Positions 55,340 through 64,000 of a stretch of DNA of 64,000 bases are shown here, one piece after another (position 1 is the stretch's first letter; every line of letters begins with the position of its first letter). Source of the stretch: Myxococcota bacterium (GTDB taxonomy: Bacteria > Myxococcota_A > SURF-8). A program made the position numbers and the translations under genes. The notes under the pieces are model-generated. The model had not been told where the DNA came from and ran no database searches. It saw only the letters and a program-made list of their open reading frames with translations. The stretch covers positions 2,112,001 through 2,176,000 of the forward strand of contig CAXXQS010000001.1 in assembly GCA_963674735.2 (NCBI GenBank), given 5' to 3'.

Positions 55340-57016
55340 TCAGTCTATCTGGCCGTTAAGCTCGAATCCGGTAATCGTCACCGGTTCATCCGTGACGGTG
55401 TCGATGAACGTGATACGCCCATCCGGATGATCCTGAGCCACATACATGCGCCTCCCATCGGCCATGAGCCCGAGACTGGTGGGAGTCGAACTGAGATCCA
55501 TTTCGATAATACGCGCCCCACCGGCGGCCTTGAGGTCCATGATATGCACCTGGCGCGTGCCCGATCCCGCAACCGAAAGGTATCCCTTCGCTCCGTCACC
55601 GGTAAACGTGAATGCAGCCGGGTGAGCGTCGGTCAATTGCAGGACCGTCATGCCGGTCGCCAGATCGAGAACGGAATAACCATAGGAACGATCGATGGTG
55701 TCGTAGTAGTCGTCCTCGTAGTATGCATCCCCTTGATTTTTCTTATGCAAAACCAACAGGCGCAACACGCCGTCGCTGTCGGGTGGAGCAAAAGACAACG
55801 CCTGGGTGCGCTTGATCAGGTTGTGGGAATTCAGGCTTTCGTCATCGAGGCTGAAGATCCACACGTTACGGGTATTATTCAAGGTTGAATACAGCGCAAT
55901 CGTATTGTTGTCGGCGGCGGGTTCGGCCACGCCGATACCCTCGGGAATATCATAGAGATCGACCGCCTCGGCATCGGCAAAACCACCGGGAATGGATACG
56001 ACCAGCAGTTGATGCGTTTCACGCAGGGTGATGATCGCCCGACTGTCGTCGGGGAGCAAGTCGAGGTCGGTGGGAGGCGCGTCCAGTTCGAGTACCGCCA
56101 CCTCGCCGTTTTCGAAATCCACCATCCGCAGTTCGGCGGTTTCGATGCGCCGCACCAGGGCATACCGACCATCGGCGGTCACAAGCACTTCCCGATCGAG
56201 CGACGGCCCGGAAACCGCTTCAAGGGGGATATTCGGCGTCACTTCGGGGCTGTCCGGGTTGCCGAGATCGATAATGGTCGCCCCTTGATCGGTAATGACG
56301 AAAGCCTTCGATCCGTCGTTTTTCCAATGAACCGCCGTTGGATTAAGGCCGACGGTCAGCGGAAGGATCGGTGAATCAAGCTCGTCCAGGTCCGACGGAT
56401 CGCGCATGTCCACCAAACCGACGGATTGCAGGCTGCCGTATGCGGATGACGCATTCCCGGCCAGTTGACTGTTGAAATAAACGATGGCAAAAAGCCCGTT
56501 GGGCGCACAGGAAATCATGTTATAGCCCGCCGTTTTATCCGGATCGAGCGCCCAACTTGCCGTGCGGTCTTCATCCGGCTGCGCCATCACCAGACGGTCG
56601 GATGTTCGGTCGATGATCAGGGCGGTATTGGTTTCGGGTAACACCTGAATCGCGATCGGATCGCTTCCGGTGGACAGCGTGTGAATCACGAGCGTATCCG
56701 AGGCAATCGCGACCAGGTTTCCGGTCGCCGGATTGATCACGAAGAGGTAGTCATTGCTCGTCACCGGACGACTCACGTCGATCTCGATTTCCTGCTCGGG
56801 GGTATAGGGATCGTCTCCATCGGGATCGTCGCCGTCGGGATCGTCGCCGTCGGGATCGTCACCATCGGGGCTATCCCCATCCATTGGGGCGTCGCCATCA
56901 ACCGAATTGTCCCCCGACATCGATTCAGCGCTATCACTCCCACAAGCGACCGCCATCGCGAGAACCGACACTATCATCAGCCCACTCAAGAAAAACTCCC
57001 GCTTCATCCATCGCAT
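55340..57016 (-). CDS. YncE/YVTN-like beta-propeller lipoprotein with DGD repeats
   Basis: ATG 57016 after GGAGGTGG; lipobox AVAC; (DGDDP)n. TGSDP, VGLNPTAV, TADGRYA, PTDLDL.PD, MADGRRMYV, GRITFID. Confidence 0.85.
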   Translation of the reverse strand: MRWMKREFFLSGLMIVSVLAMAVACGSDSAESMSGDNSVDGDAPMDGDSPDGDDPDGDDPDGDDPDGDDPYTPEQEIEIDVSRPVTSNDYLFVINPATGNLVAIASDTLVIHTLSTGSDPIAIQVLPETNTALIIDRTSDRLVMAQPDEDRTASWALDPDKTAGYNMISCAPNGLFAIVYFNSQLAGNASSAYGSLQSVGLVDMRDPSDLDELDSPILPLTVGLNPTAVHWKNDGSKAFVITDQGATIIDLGNPDSPEVTPNIPLEAVSGPSLDREVLVTADGRYALVRRIETAELRMVDFENGEVAVLELDAPPTDLDLLPDDSRAIITLRETHQLLVVSIPGGFADAEAVDLYDIPEGIGVAEPAADNNTIALYSTLNNTRNVWIFSLDDESLNSHNLIKRTQALSFAPPDSDGVLRLLVLHKKNQGDAYYEDDYYDTIDRSYGYSVLDLATGMTVLQLTDAHPAAFTFTGDGAKGYLSVAGSGTRQVHIMDLKAAGGARIIEMDLSSTPTSLGLMADGRRMYVAQDHPDGRITFIDTVTDEPVTITGFELNGQID

Positions 57017-57333
57017 GCGCCACCTCCTCCCATTGTCACCGGTCTTTGATATAGACAGACCGTTTCCAATGCAATTAACGCACCAGCCGCGACATGCCGT
57101 GATTATACACAGTATTATCATCGTTCTACAGCATTTCCCCCGCAGGCAACCACGACAAATATGTCATACAACCCGTCGGTCGGATTTTTTTGTCAGAGTT
57201 TTATGGGATTCCCTGGGCATCACGCAAAGGACTGTTTTCTCGATTGGAAAACAGAATTTACCAGATCCATTTATGGAGATCCTGCATCGCGAGTTAAGCC
57301 CAGGTTGCGGGCTGTCCGGATTCTCCGTCTCAC

Positions 57334-57705
57334 TCACTCGCTTTCCGGCATACTGCGCGTGGCAACAACGTCCACGCCTTCACCCAACGCATCGGCCAGA
57401 ATTACATCACCCATTTTCACAGGAGCATCGAGTGTCAATTTGTGCAATTCCTTGCATAGCTCCACCACCCGCCCCTTGGGGATGGGTGCAACGGTCTTGA
57501 CCGGCAGCTTTGGCCATAGTCCTCCCCGAGTTCGTAGTGTAGTGGTGACCATGCGGCGCGGATCGGTGTGCTCCTGCTCGGCAAAGGTCTTGCCACGCTT
57601 GCATCCCTGTCCACGTATTTCCACGATCTGCGTCCCGTCTTCCTCGACTTCCAGCCGACATCCGAGTGGACAGCCGATGCAGAGATAATTTGTCAACTCC
57701 GCCAT
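57334..57705 (-). CDS. DUF1667 family protein (CxxC metal-binding)
   Basis: CIGCPLGCRL, G..CKRG..FA..E...P.R..TTT, LPVKT..PIPK, APVK.GDVI. Confidence 0.92.
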   Translation of the reverse strand: MAELTNYLCIGCPLGCRLEVEEDGTQIVEIRGQGCKRGKTFAEQEHTDPRRMVTTTLRTRGGLWPKLPVKTVAPIPKGRVVELCKELHKLTLDAPVKMGDVILADALGEGVDVVATRSMPESE

Positions 57706-57706
57706 A

Positions 57707-58978
57707 TCAGGCCTCCCCTCTGGGTAAAATATCGATACGCAGTTGATCGCCGTGAAAGGCTTCCAGAAATTCCGGTTTAACTTTCAAGCTGACCATTTCG
57801 GCCGGGAAGGCATAGCGCAGTTTCTTCTCGTAAGCGTCACCCAGCTTGATCACACATTTCTCGAACGGCTTACGCACGCGCATATATACCGTGTGCGTCC
57901 GCTCGGTGGAAAGCGTATGCGGCACGCAATACGCCACGTTATCCCCCGGTATCAGGCGGATATTGTCGGGCGCGCGCCGGACCCCGGTGGCGAAATAGCC
58001 CGCGTTTTCACCGGCTAAAATAGACTCTTGAGATACGAAGTCGACCAAATCATGAATGTGCACCACGTTGCCGCAGGCGAAAATGCCATCCATGCTGGTT
58101 TCCATAGCACTGGTCACCACCGGACCGCTGGTCGTCGGATCGAGCCGAAGGTTCAAACTACGACTCAGTTCGTTTTCAGGAATCAAGCCGATCGAAAGCA
58201 AAGCCGTATCGCACTCGATATCCCAGGCTTTATCCACAATGGGTCGCAGTCGCTCGTCCACCGGTGCAACGGTCACCCCTTCGAGGCGATCGCGTCCACG
58301 CACTTCGGCCACACTGGTGGATAAATGCAGCGGAATGTCGAAATCGTGCAAACACTGAACAACATTGCGATTTAGCCCATTCGAATAGGGCATAATCTCG
58401 AACACGCCCTTGACCTCCACCCCTTCGAGCGTCAGACGCCGCGCCATAATCAAGCCGATATCGCCGGACCCGAGAATGATCACCCGGCGGCCCGGCAATA
58501 CTCCCATCATGTTGACAAACTTCTGTGCCAGTCCGGCAGTCAGCACCCCCGCCGGTCGCGTGCCGGGAATACGAATCGCCCCGCGCGTGCGTTCTCGCGC
58601 CCCCATGGCCAACACCACCGCGCGGGTTTTCACCACGCGCAAACCGTGATTCGGACTCATCAACTTGACGTTGAGATCCTTGTCGATATCGAGAACGTAT
58701 GTCTCGCTCACCACATCCACCCCTTCTTCCAGTACGTTCGCCAGAAAGCGCTCGGCGTACTCGGGACCGGTGAGTTCTTCTTTAAAGTAATGCAGGCCAA
58801 AGCCCGGATGAATACACTGAAGCAGAATGCCTCCCGCCTCTTGCTCGCGATCGGTAATGAGGATGCGCTCGGCTCCGGCGCGACGTGCCCCCAAAGCCGC
58901 CGCCATCCCGGCCGGTCCACCGCCCACCACCACGATATCGTAGTTATCCCGGATCTGCGTCAGCTTGGCATCAATCAT
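57707..58978 (-). CDS. NAD(P)/FAD-dependent oxidoreductase, partner of the GlpA-like dehydrogenase
   Basis: ATG 58978 after [63 protein letters not shown]. Confidence 0.92.
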   Translation of the reverse strand: MIDAKLTQIRDNYDIVVVGGGPAGMAAALGARRAGAERILITDREQEAGGILLQCIHPGFGLHYFKEELTGPEYAERFLANVLEEGVDVVSETYVLDIDKDLNVKLMSPNHGLRVVKTRAVVLAMGARERTRGAIRIPGTRPAGVLTAGLAQKFVNMMGVLPGRRVIILGSGDIGLIMARRLTLEGVEVKGVFEIMPYSNGLNRNVVQCLHDFDIPLHLSTSVAEVRGRDRLEGVTVAPVDERLRPIVDKAWDIECDTALLSIGLIPENELSRSLNLRLDPTTSGPVVTSAMETSMDGIFACGNVVHIHDLVDFVSQESILAGENAGYFATGVRRAPDNIRLIPGDNVAYCVPHTLSTERTHTVYMRVRKPFEKCVIKLGDAYEKKLRYAFPAEMVSLKVKPEFLEAFHGDQLRIDILPRGEA

Positions 58979-60410
58979 GGGCCACCTCCTGCCCCTCGGG
59001 ACAAATGATCCACGATCCGCCACCGCGCTTGGTGATATCGTAAATGGAGACACCCAGTTCCTTCGCCAGCAATTCCATACAGCGCCAGGAGCAGAACCCG
59101 CCTTGACAGCGTCCCATTCCCGCGCGCACGCGGAACTTGATACCATCGAGGGTGCGCGCCCCGGCGTGAATAGCATCGACGATCTCGCGTTCGGTGATAC
59201 CCTCGCACCGGCAGACCATCCGCCCGTAACGCGGATCCTCCTCCACTAACTCGGTCTGGCGTTCGGTGGGCAGCTGGGCGAAATGCACCGGATGCGGAAT
59301 CGACGGCTTGAAGTCGTCTTTCTCGATCAAGTTCAGACCTTCGTCTTGCAGAATATTCGCGACCATTACGGCAATGGCCGGAGCCGACGTAAGTCCCGGC
59401 GATTGGATACCCGCTACGTTGATGAAACCTTTCAATCCCGTGGGACCGATGATGAAATCTTCCGAAGCAGCCACCGCCCGCATCCCGGCAAATTGGGCGA
59501 TACAATCGCGTTCGCTGATGCCCGGCACCACGTCACGCACCTTCCCGAACACCTCGTCCGAACCGGCCAAAGTGGTGGTAACAGCTTCCTTATTTTCCAT
59601 CTCGTGGGCGGTCGGGCCCACCATCAGCGTGCCGTCGAAAGTGGGGATAACCAGAATGCCCTTGGACGTCGGCGTGGGGCAGGGAAAAATAATGCGCTTA
59701 ACCAGCCCTTTGAGACGTTTATCCAGAAGGTATTCTTCACCTTTACGCGGTGTGATGACAAAGTCGCCCTGCCCCGCAAGAGCCGCGACATGGTCGGAAT
59801 AGATACCGGCCGCATTGATCACAAAGCGTGTGCGGATCAGCTGATGCGTCGTCTTAACCGTCAGGCCGTCACCATGTTGTCCAATGCCGACAACGGGATT
59901 TTCAACCAATAGTTCCACCCCATTGATACGGGCGCTCTCAATCAGAGCGAAACAGGCTTCATAAGGATTGACGACCCCACTTGTCGGGGCATGCAACGCA
60001 GCCACAGCCTTCTCACTCAGATTGGGTTCTTCGCGCCGCAACCTTTCACGCTCCCAGATCTCCAACCCCGGTACGCCTTTTTGCGTTCCGTTGGCCAAGA
60101 GTTTGTCCAGCACCGGGCGTTGATCGTCGGCCATGGCCACCGTCAATTCGCCCACGCGCTTGAAACCGAATCCCAAATCCGCGCACAGGCCGTCCCACAT
60201 TTGGTTGCCTTCCCACTCAAGCCGCCCTTTCAGCGTAGACGACGCCGCATGGTGACCACCGTGGATGATACCGCTGTTGGTCTTGCTCGTGCCGAAACCG
60301 ACCTCGCAATCCTTCTCCACCAGAACGACCCGCAGTCGGTAGCGTGACAGTTCACGAGCGATGGCACAACCAATCACCCCACCCCCGACAATCACCACGT
60401 CATAGCGCAT
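58971..60410 (-). CDS. FAD-dependent glycerol-3-phosphate dehydrogenase-like (GlpA/LhgO family) protein with a BFD-like [2Fe-2S] domain
   Basis: [64 protein letters not shown]. Confidence 0.9.
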   Translation of the reverse strand: MRYDVVIVGGGVIGCAIARELSRYRLRVVLVEKDCEVGFGTSKTNSGIIHGGHHAASSTLKGRLEWEGNQMWDGLCADLGFGFKRVGELTVAMADDQRPVLDKLLANGTQKGVPGLEIWERERLRREEPNLSEKAVAALHAPTSGVVNPYEACFALIESARINGVELLVENPVVGIGQHGDGLTVKTTHQLIRTRFVINAAGIYSDHVAALAGQGDFVITPRKGEEYLLDKRLKGLVKRIIFPCPTPTSKGILVIPTFDGTLMVGPTAHEMENKEAVTTTLAGSDEVFGKVRDVVPGISERDCIAQFAGMRAVAASEDFIIGPTGLKGFINVAGIQSPGLTSAPAIAVMVANILQDEGLNLIEKDDFKPSIPHPVHFAQLPTERQTELVEEDPRYGRMVCRCEGITEREIVDAIHAGARTLDGIKFRVRAGMGRCQGGFCSWRCMELLAKELGVSIYDITKRGGGSWIICPEGQEVAHD

Positions 60411-60477
60411 GGTGCATCCTTTCGAAATTGTTTTATACCTCCACTCTTATATTATCTTTCATGCTCGGTCAAGAAGC

Positions 60478-60504
60478 AAAACGGCGATGGAAAACCACCG
60501 CCGC
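60478..60504 (-). terminator. Hairpin terminator, near-identical to the one at 62084-62110
   Basis: AAAACGGCGATGG-AAAA-CCACCGCCGC. Confidence 0.6.
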
Positions 60505-60595
60505 ACATGACAAGTGAAAACGGCAAGCACACACGACTTTGCCTACGTAGTTAAGGAGAATGTCGGAAACGGACTGCAATTAAGGATTATGATTC

Positions 60596-61996
60596 TCAGT
60601 AATCCCCGCAAGTCGATCGCTCTTTGCAGGTTGCAAATCGAATCGTGTCGTTGTCATCGTAGAAAGTCATGATTCGTCCGGCCTGTCCCGAGCCGGATGT
60701 GCCGACGATCGCGAGGTTGGACGCAAAATGCCAGGCCGTCTGTGGAATCGAATCCAGCGGAACCGAGTACCAGTCTCCCTGGGTTCTGGATAGAAACAGC
60801 ATCGATAAAGCATTTTTAGCGCTACGATAGGCTACCCATGGATAACGAACACTTGCATTGGGTCCGGTTGCTTCCGTGTGCGTCGTAATGCCGCAGGGGC
60901 CGGGGAAACCGATTTCAAAGGTCCGATCTTCGCTAAACGGCAGGGCGTTGGTCCCGCCGGTGACCCACAAATATGGGGTTTCGTCGTTTTCATCTAAAAA
61001 GCCAACGACACACATCTGGATCGGGGCATTATCGTTTTCGGGATACTGAATCTGGCGGAATGCGAAGAGGTTCTCCATGTTGTCGATGGCGAAGTTACTC
61101 GCCTTGTAACCACGGTTATTGAAACCGTTGAACAACTCCTCAGACTCCCGAAAACGTTGAGTTTCGTAGTCGTATTGATCCCAGACGGAATAGAGGTAGC
61201 GCAGTTGGGAGTTGGCATCGATCAGAATGATGGCACTAGCATCGTAATAGTTCGAACGAAACTTGCCGAAAACAACCTGTTTGGCATTGTTGAAAATATC
61301 CTGACCTTCGGTGATTTCGTCGAAAAGGTTTTCGCGTTTGACCCACCTCTCGGTCCTCTCCGTATCGTAATCCCACATCACGGAATCCGTGATGTGCGGA
61401 TCATCATCATAGATGCTATCCCAACCGTAGGTGTAAGCCAAAACCTGACCGCGAATGCCACCCATACAGCCGTCCACCCAGAGATAGGCATGGTTATAAG
61501 CCCCGATCTGATAGACGTCATTCCCGTCTACATTGACCCACACCATGTTGGTGTCTCCGCCCATTTGCGAAGCTAAAAAGTACAATCGGCCGCAGGCGTC
61601 CGTATCGAAATCCTTGACCTCGTAGTTTACCAGACCGAAATCACTCAAACGCGCGATGGTTTCGGTTCGATCCTGTATTTCATAGTCGTCGGTCATTCCG
61701 GAAAAATGATAGGCGTAGAGAATGGAATCGCTGTTACCGTTGACGAAAGACGCATAGTAGAAAACAGAATCGTTTTTCAACGCGATCTTTTCACCGTAAT
61801 AAGCCAATTCGCCATCTCCCGTCATCGGGGCGATGGACTTGCGGACGAAAGGATCGTCGGGGTTGTCGCCGTCGGGCGTGTCACCGTCATCACGATCATC
61901 ATCGTCGTCTTCCGGTTCATCCTCCCCACCACAGCCGACCACCAGTGACAGCACGAGCAGCAACAGAAATAACAGCTTTAAAACGTTCTTTAGCAT
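60596..61996 (-). CDS. Acidic/DGD-linker lipoprotein of unknown function
   Basis: ATG 61996 after GAGGA; lipobox VVGC; EDDDDDRDDGDTPDGDNPDD; Tyr/Trp/Asp-rich beta domain. Confidence 0.8.
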   Translation of the reverse strand: MLKNVLKLLFLLLLVLSLVVGCGGEDEPEDDDDDRDDGDTPDGDNPDDPFVRKSIAPMTGDGELAYYGEKIALKNDSVFYYASFVNGNSDSILYAYHFSGMTDDYEIQDRTETIARLSDFGLVNYEVKDFDTDACGRLYFLASQMGGDTNMVWVNVDGNDVYQIGAYNHAYLWVDGCMGGIRGQVLAYTYGWDSIYDDDPHITDSVMWDYDTERTERWVKRENLFDEITEGQDIFNNAKQVVFGKFRSNYYDASAIILIDANSQLRYLYSVWDQYDYETQRFRESEELFNGFNNRGYKASNFAIDNMENLFAFRQIQYPENDNAPIQMCVVGFLDENDETPYLWVTGGTNALPFSEDRTFEIGFPGPCGITTHTEATGPNASVRYPWVAYRSAKNALSMLFLSRTQGDWYSVPLDSIPQTAWHFASNLAIVGTSGSGQAGRIMTFYDDNDTIRFATCKERSTCGDY

Positions 61997-62082
61997 CGGG
62001 TGTGTCCTCACAGCTGAATTCAACATACGGATAGTTTGATTATCTTATATCTTTTCAAGTTTGTCCAGACGGCCATGCAACG

Positions 62083-62110
62083 AAAAACGGCGGTGGAAAT
62101 CCACCGCCGC
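62083..62110 (-). terminator. Intrinsic terminator after the thiolase gene
   Basis: Minus strand CGGCGGTGG-ATTT-CCACCGCCG-TTTTT. Confidence 0.75.
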
Positions 62111-62152
62111 TTGTAGGCGTTCGACAAACCGGCGCGCTCACGCCGTGTTGAT

Positions 62153-63340
62153 TTAGTTCTTCGGACGCTCGAACAGACCGGCCGCGCCCATGCCGCCGCC
62201 GATGCACATGGACACCACGCCGAAGCGCGCGTCACGACGCTCCAACTCGTACACGAGCTGGGTGGTCAGTTTGGCACCGGTGCAACCCAAGGGGTGGCCC
62301 AGGGCGATCGCGCCGCCGTTGACGTTGATGCGATCCATCAGATGTTCGATGCCCATCTGACGCACGGAGTAAACGGCCTGGCTGGCGAAGGCTTCATTGA
62401 TCTCGTAGAGATCCACGTCGTCATATTTGATGCCGTAATGTTCCAGTACCTTCGGAATCGCGAAGGCCGGGCCAACACCCATGACTTCCGGATCCACACC
62501 GATAACCTGATAGTCACGGAAATAAGCCATGACCTTCAGGCCACGCTTGTCGGCTTCTTCCTTGCTCATGATCATGACGAACGCAGCCGCGTCATCCATC
62601 TGAGAGGAGTTGGCCGCCGTCACAATGCCGCCCTTGGCGCGGAACACGGGGCGCAGTTTGCCCAACGATTCCATCGAGGACGCGCGCGGACCTTCGTCCG
62701 TATCGTGGATGGCTTCGATTTTTTTGCCGTTCTTCCAGGTCGTGTAGGTGACCGGCACGATCTGCTCTTTGAAGTAACCCTCTTTTTGGGCGTTCAGCGC
62801 GTTGTTCTGGGAACGCAGCGCAAACTTGTCGAGCTCGTCGCGAGTCAGATTGAATTCTTCACCATAACGCTCCACCACGTTCTCCGCGGTGTTACCCATG
62901 GAGCAGTACGCGCCCAAAGCCGGAGAATTCAACGTGGTCTCGTTGCCGCGGATTTTGTTTCCGCCCATGGGGATCATGGACATGGTTTCCACGCCACCGG
63001 CGATAACGATGTCCTGAAAACCGGCGATGACGCGCGTGGCGGCCATGGCGATGGTTTCCAGACCCGAAGAACAGAAACGGTTCACGGTAACGGCCGGAAC
63101 GCTTTCCGGCAGACCCGCATGCAAACCGAGGATACGACCGATATTCATACCCTGCTCAGCCTCAGGCATAGCGCAACCGACAACCAGATCATCGATGTCT
63201 TTGCCGTCAACACCGGTGGTGTCCATTAGACTCTGGATGACCGGCTTCGCCAGGTCTTCAACGCGCATATATTTGAGTACGCCGCGACTGGCTTTACCCA
63301 CCGCCGTCCGCTTAGCGGCTACAATGACAGCCTCTCTCAT
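62153..63340 (-). CDS. fadA: Acetyl-CoA C-acyltransferase (thiolase)
   Basis: AGGAG RBS before ATG 63340. [47 protein letters not shown]. Confidence 0.95.
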   Translation of the reverse strand: MREAVIVAAKRTAVGKASRGVLKYMRVEDLAKPVIQSLMDTTGVDGKDIDDLVVGCAMPEAEQGMNIGRILGLHAGLPESVPAVTVNRFCSSGLETIAMAATRVIAGFQDIVIAGGVETMSMIPMGGNKIRGNETTLNSPALGAYCSMGNTAENVVERYGEEFNLTRDELDKFALRSQNNALNAQKEGYFKEQIVPVTYTTWKNGKKIEAIHDTDEGPRASSMESLGKLRPVFRAKGGIVTAANSSQMDDAAAFVMIMSKEEADKRGLKVMAYFRDYQVIGVDPEVMGVGPAFAIPKVLEHYGIKYDDVDLYEINEAFASQAVYSVRQMGIEHLMDRINVNGGAIALGHPLGCTGAKLTTQLVYELERRDARFGVVSMCIGGGMGAAGLFERPKN

Positions 63341-63390
63341 GGTATTCACTCCTTGTTAAAGGTTGTATTCACGTTATTCGTGCATCCGCC

Positions 63391-64000
63391 TTAGTTGCGC
63401 AGCGGCCGACCGGTGGTCAGCAAGGACTGCATACGTTCGATGGCTTTCGGCTCACCAACCAAGCTCATGAAGGCTTCCTTCTCGAGTTCGAGCAGGCGTT
63501 CTTCCGTCACGGCCGTGTTGGGCTCGATGTCGCCACCACACAGAACGTTGGCCAGCTTCGCCGCGATTTTCTTCTCGAAATCGGTGACATAGCCGCCCAT
63601 GTTCATGTTGTACAAACCGGTCTCGAATGTCGCCGCACCCACGCGACCCGGCAGGATCAGGTAGTCGGGCTTTTCGGGAGCGCGGTAGCCGCCTTCCCAC
63701 ATACCCTTGACCATGCGCTTGGCTTCGTAGGTCAGTTCGTCGCGGTTCATGACCACGCGGTCACTGTAACGCAGCACCTTCATGTCTTTGGCGATCGCGG
63801 CGCTCAAGGAAACCTTGGCCATGGCGATCTGCTCGAAGACACGCTGGATGATCGGGAAGCGATCGATGGCCATATCGGCCGGAACGTTTTCGAGATAATG
63901 CATCAGCAGATTCTTGTTGCCCGCGCCGCCCGGAATCAGGCCCGCGCCCAACTCGACCAGACCCGCGTACAATTCGGAATGCGCGCACACCGCATCGGCG
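63391..64000 (-). CDS. fadN: C-terminal part of a FadN-type 3-hydroxyacyl-CoA dehydrogenase/enoyl-CoA hydratase (5' end outside the window)
   Basis: E.Y.GLVE.G.GLIP..G, I.MAKVS.SA, LLELE.EAF..L, L.TG.PLRN C-terminus; lies directly upstream of the thiolase. Confidence 0.85.
   Translation of the reverse strand, partial: ADAVCAHSELYAGLVELGAGLIPGGAGNKNLLMHYLENVPADMAIDRFPIIQRVFEQIAMAKVSLSAAIAKDMKVLRYSDRVVMNRDELTYEAKRMVKGMWEGGYRAPEKPDYLILPGRVGAATFETGLYNMNMGGYVTDFEKKIAAKLANVLCGGDIEPNTAVTEERLLELEKEAFMSLVGEPKAIERMQSLLTTGRPLRN

Noticed and set aside
58979-59176. N-terminal extension of the 489-aa oxidoreductase ORF
   Set aside because: It overlaps the upstream dehydrogenase; a strong RBS precedes ATG 58978.
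1-64000. Mobile elements, prophage, tRNA or rRNA genes
   Set aside because: No transposase, integrase or phage motifs in any ORF, and no tRNA- or rRNA-like sequence recognised in the short intergenic regions.

Overview
A GC-rich bacterial window. Gene content points to a deltaproteobacterial or Myxococcota-like organism, probably anaerobic; this is inference. It is about 40 CDSs with no rRNA, tRNA, CRISPR array or recognisable transposase. Its dominant feature is a large set of predicted lipoproteins. Fifteen carry Asp-Gly-Asp (DGD) motifs or tandem (DGDxP)n repeats right after the lipobox Cys, and one more carries a poly-Asp tract. Their C-terminal cargoes are unrelated: CotH kinases, C-type lectin, matrixin, DUF1566, delta-60, FG-GAP, beta-helix, arylsulfotransferase, beta-propellers, a gluzincin and a 1599-aa protein with Tc-toxin-A-like features. 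The best candidates for undescribed systems are: (1) a tightly packed DUF4956 / HlyD-DUF3616 / TolC / VTC polyphosphate polymerase / two CotH lipoprotein operon (3517-11797), which looks like a trans-envelope polyphosphate synthesis-export and surface-kinase machine with no ABC or RND pump; (2) a five-gene DGD-lipoprotein operon (28267-41830) built around the TcA-like protein; (3) the DGD module itself; (4) a CDF-HflK fusion / HflC / HflK operon preceded by a secreted leader ORF ending in APKQSPP. Housekeeping genes are yceI, an RluA synthase, a DASS transporter, a GlpA-like/DUF1667 trio, a thiolase and a partial FadN. All family assignments come from motif recognition by eye; no database searches were run.
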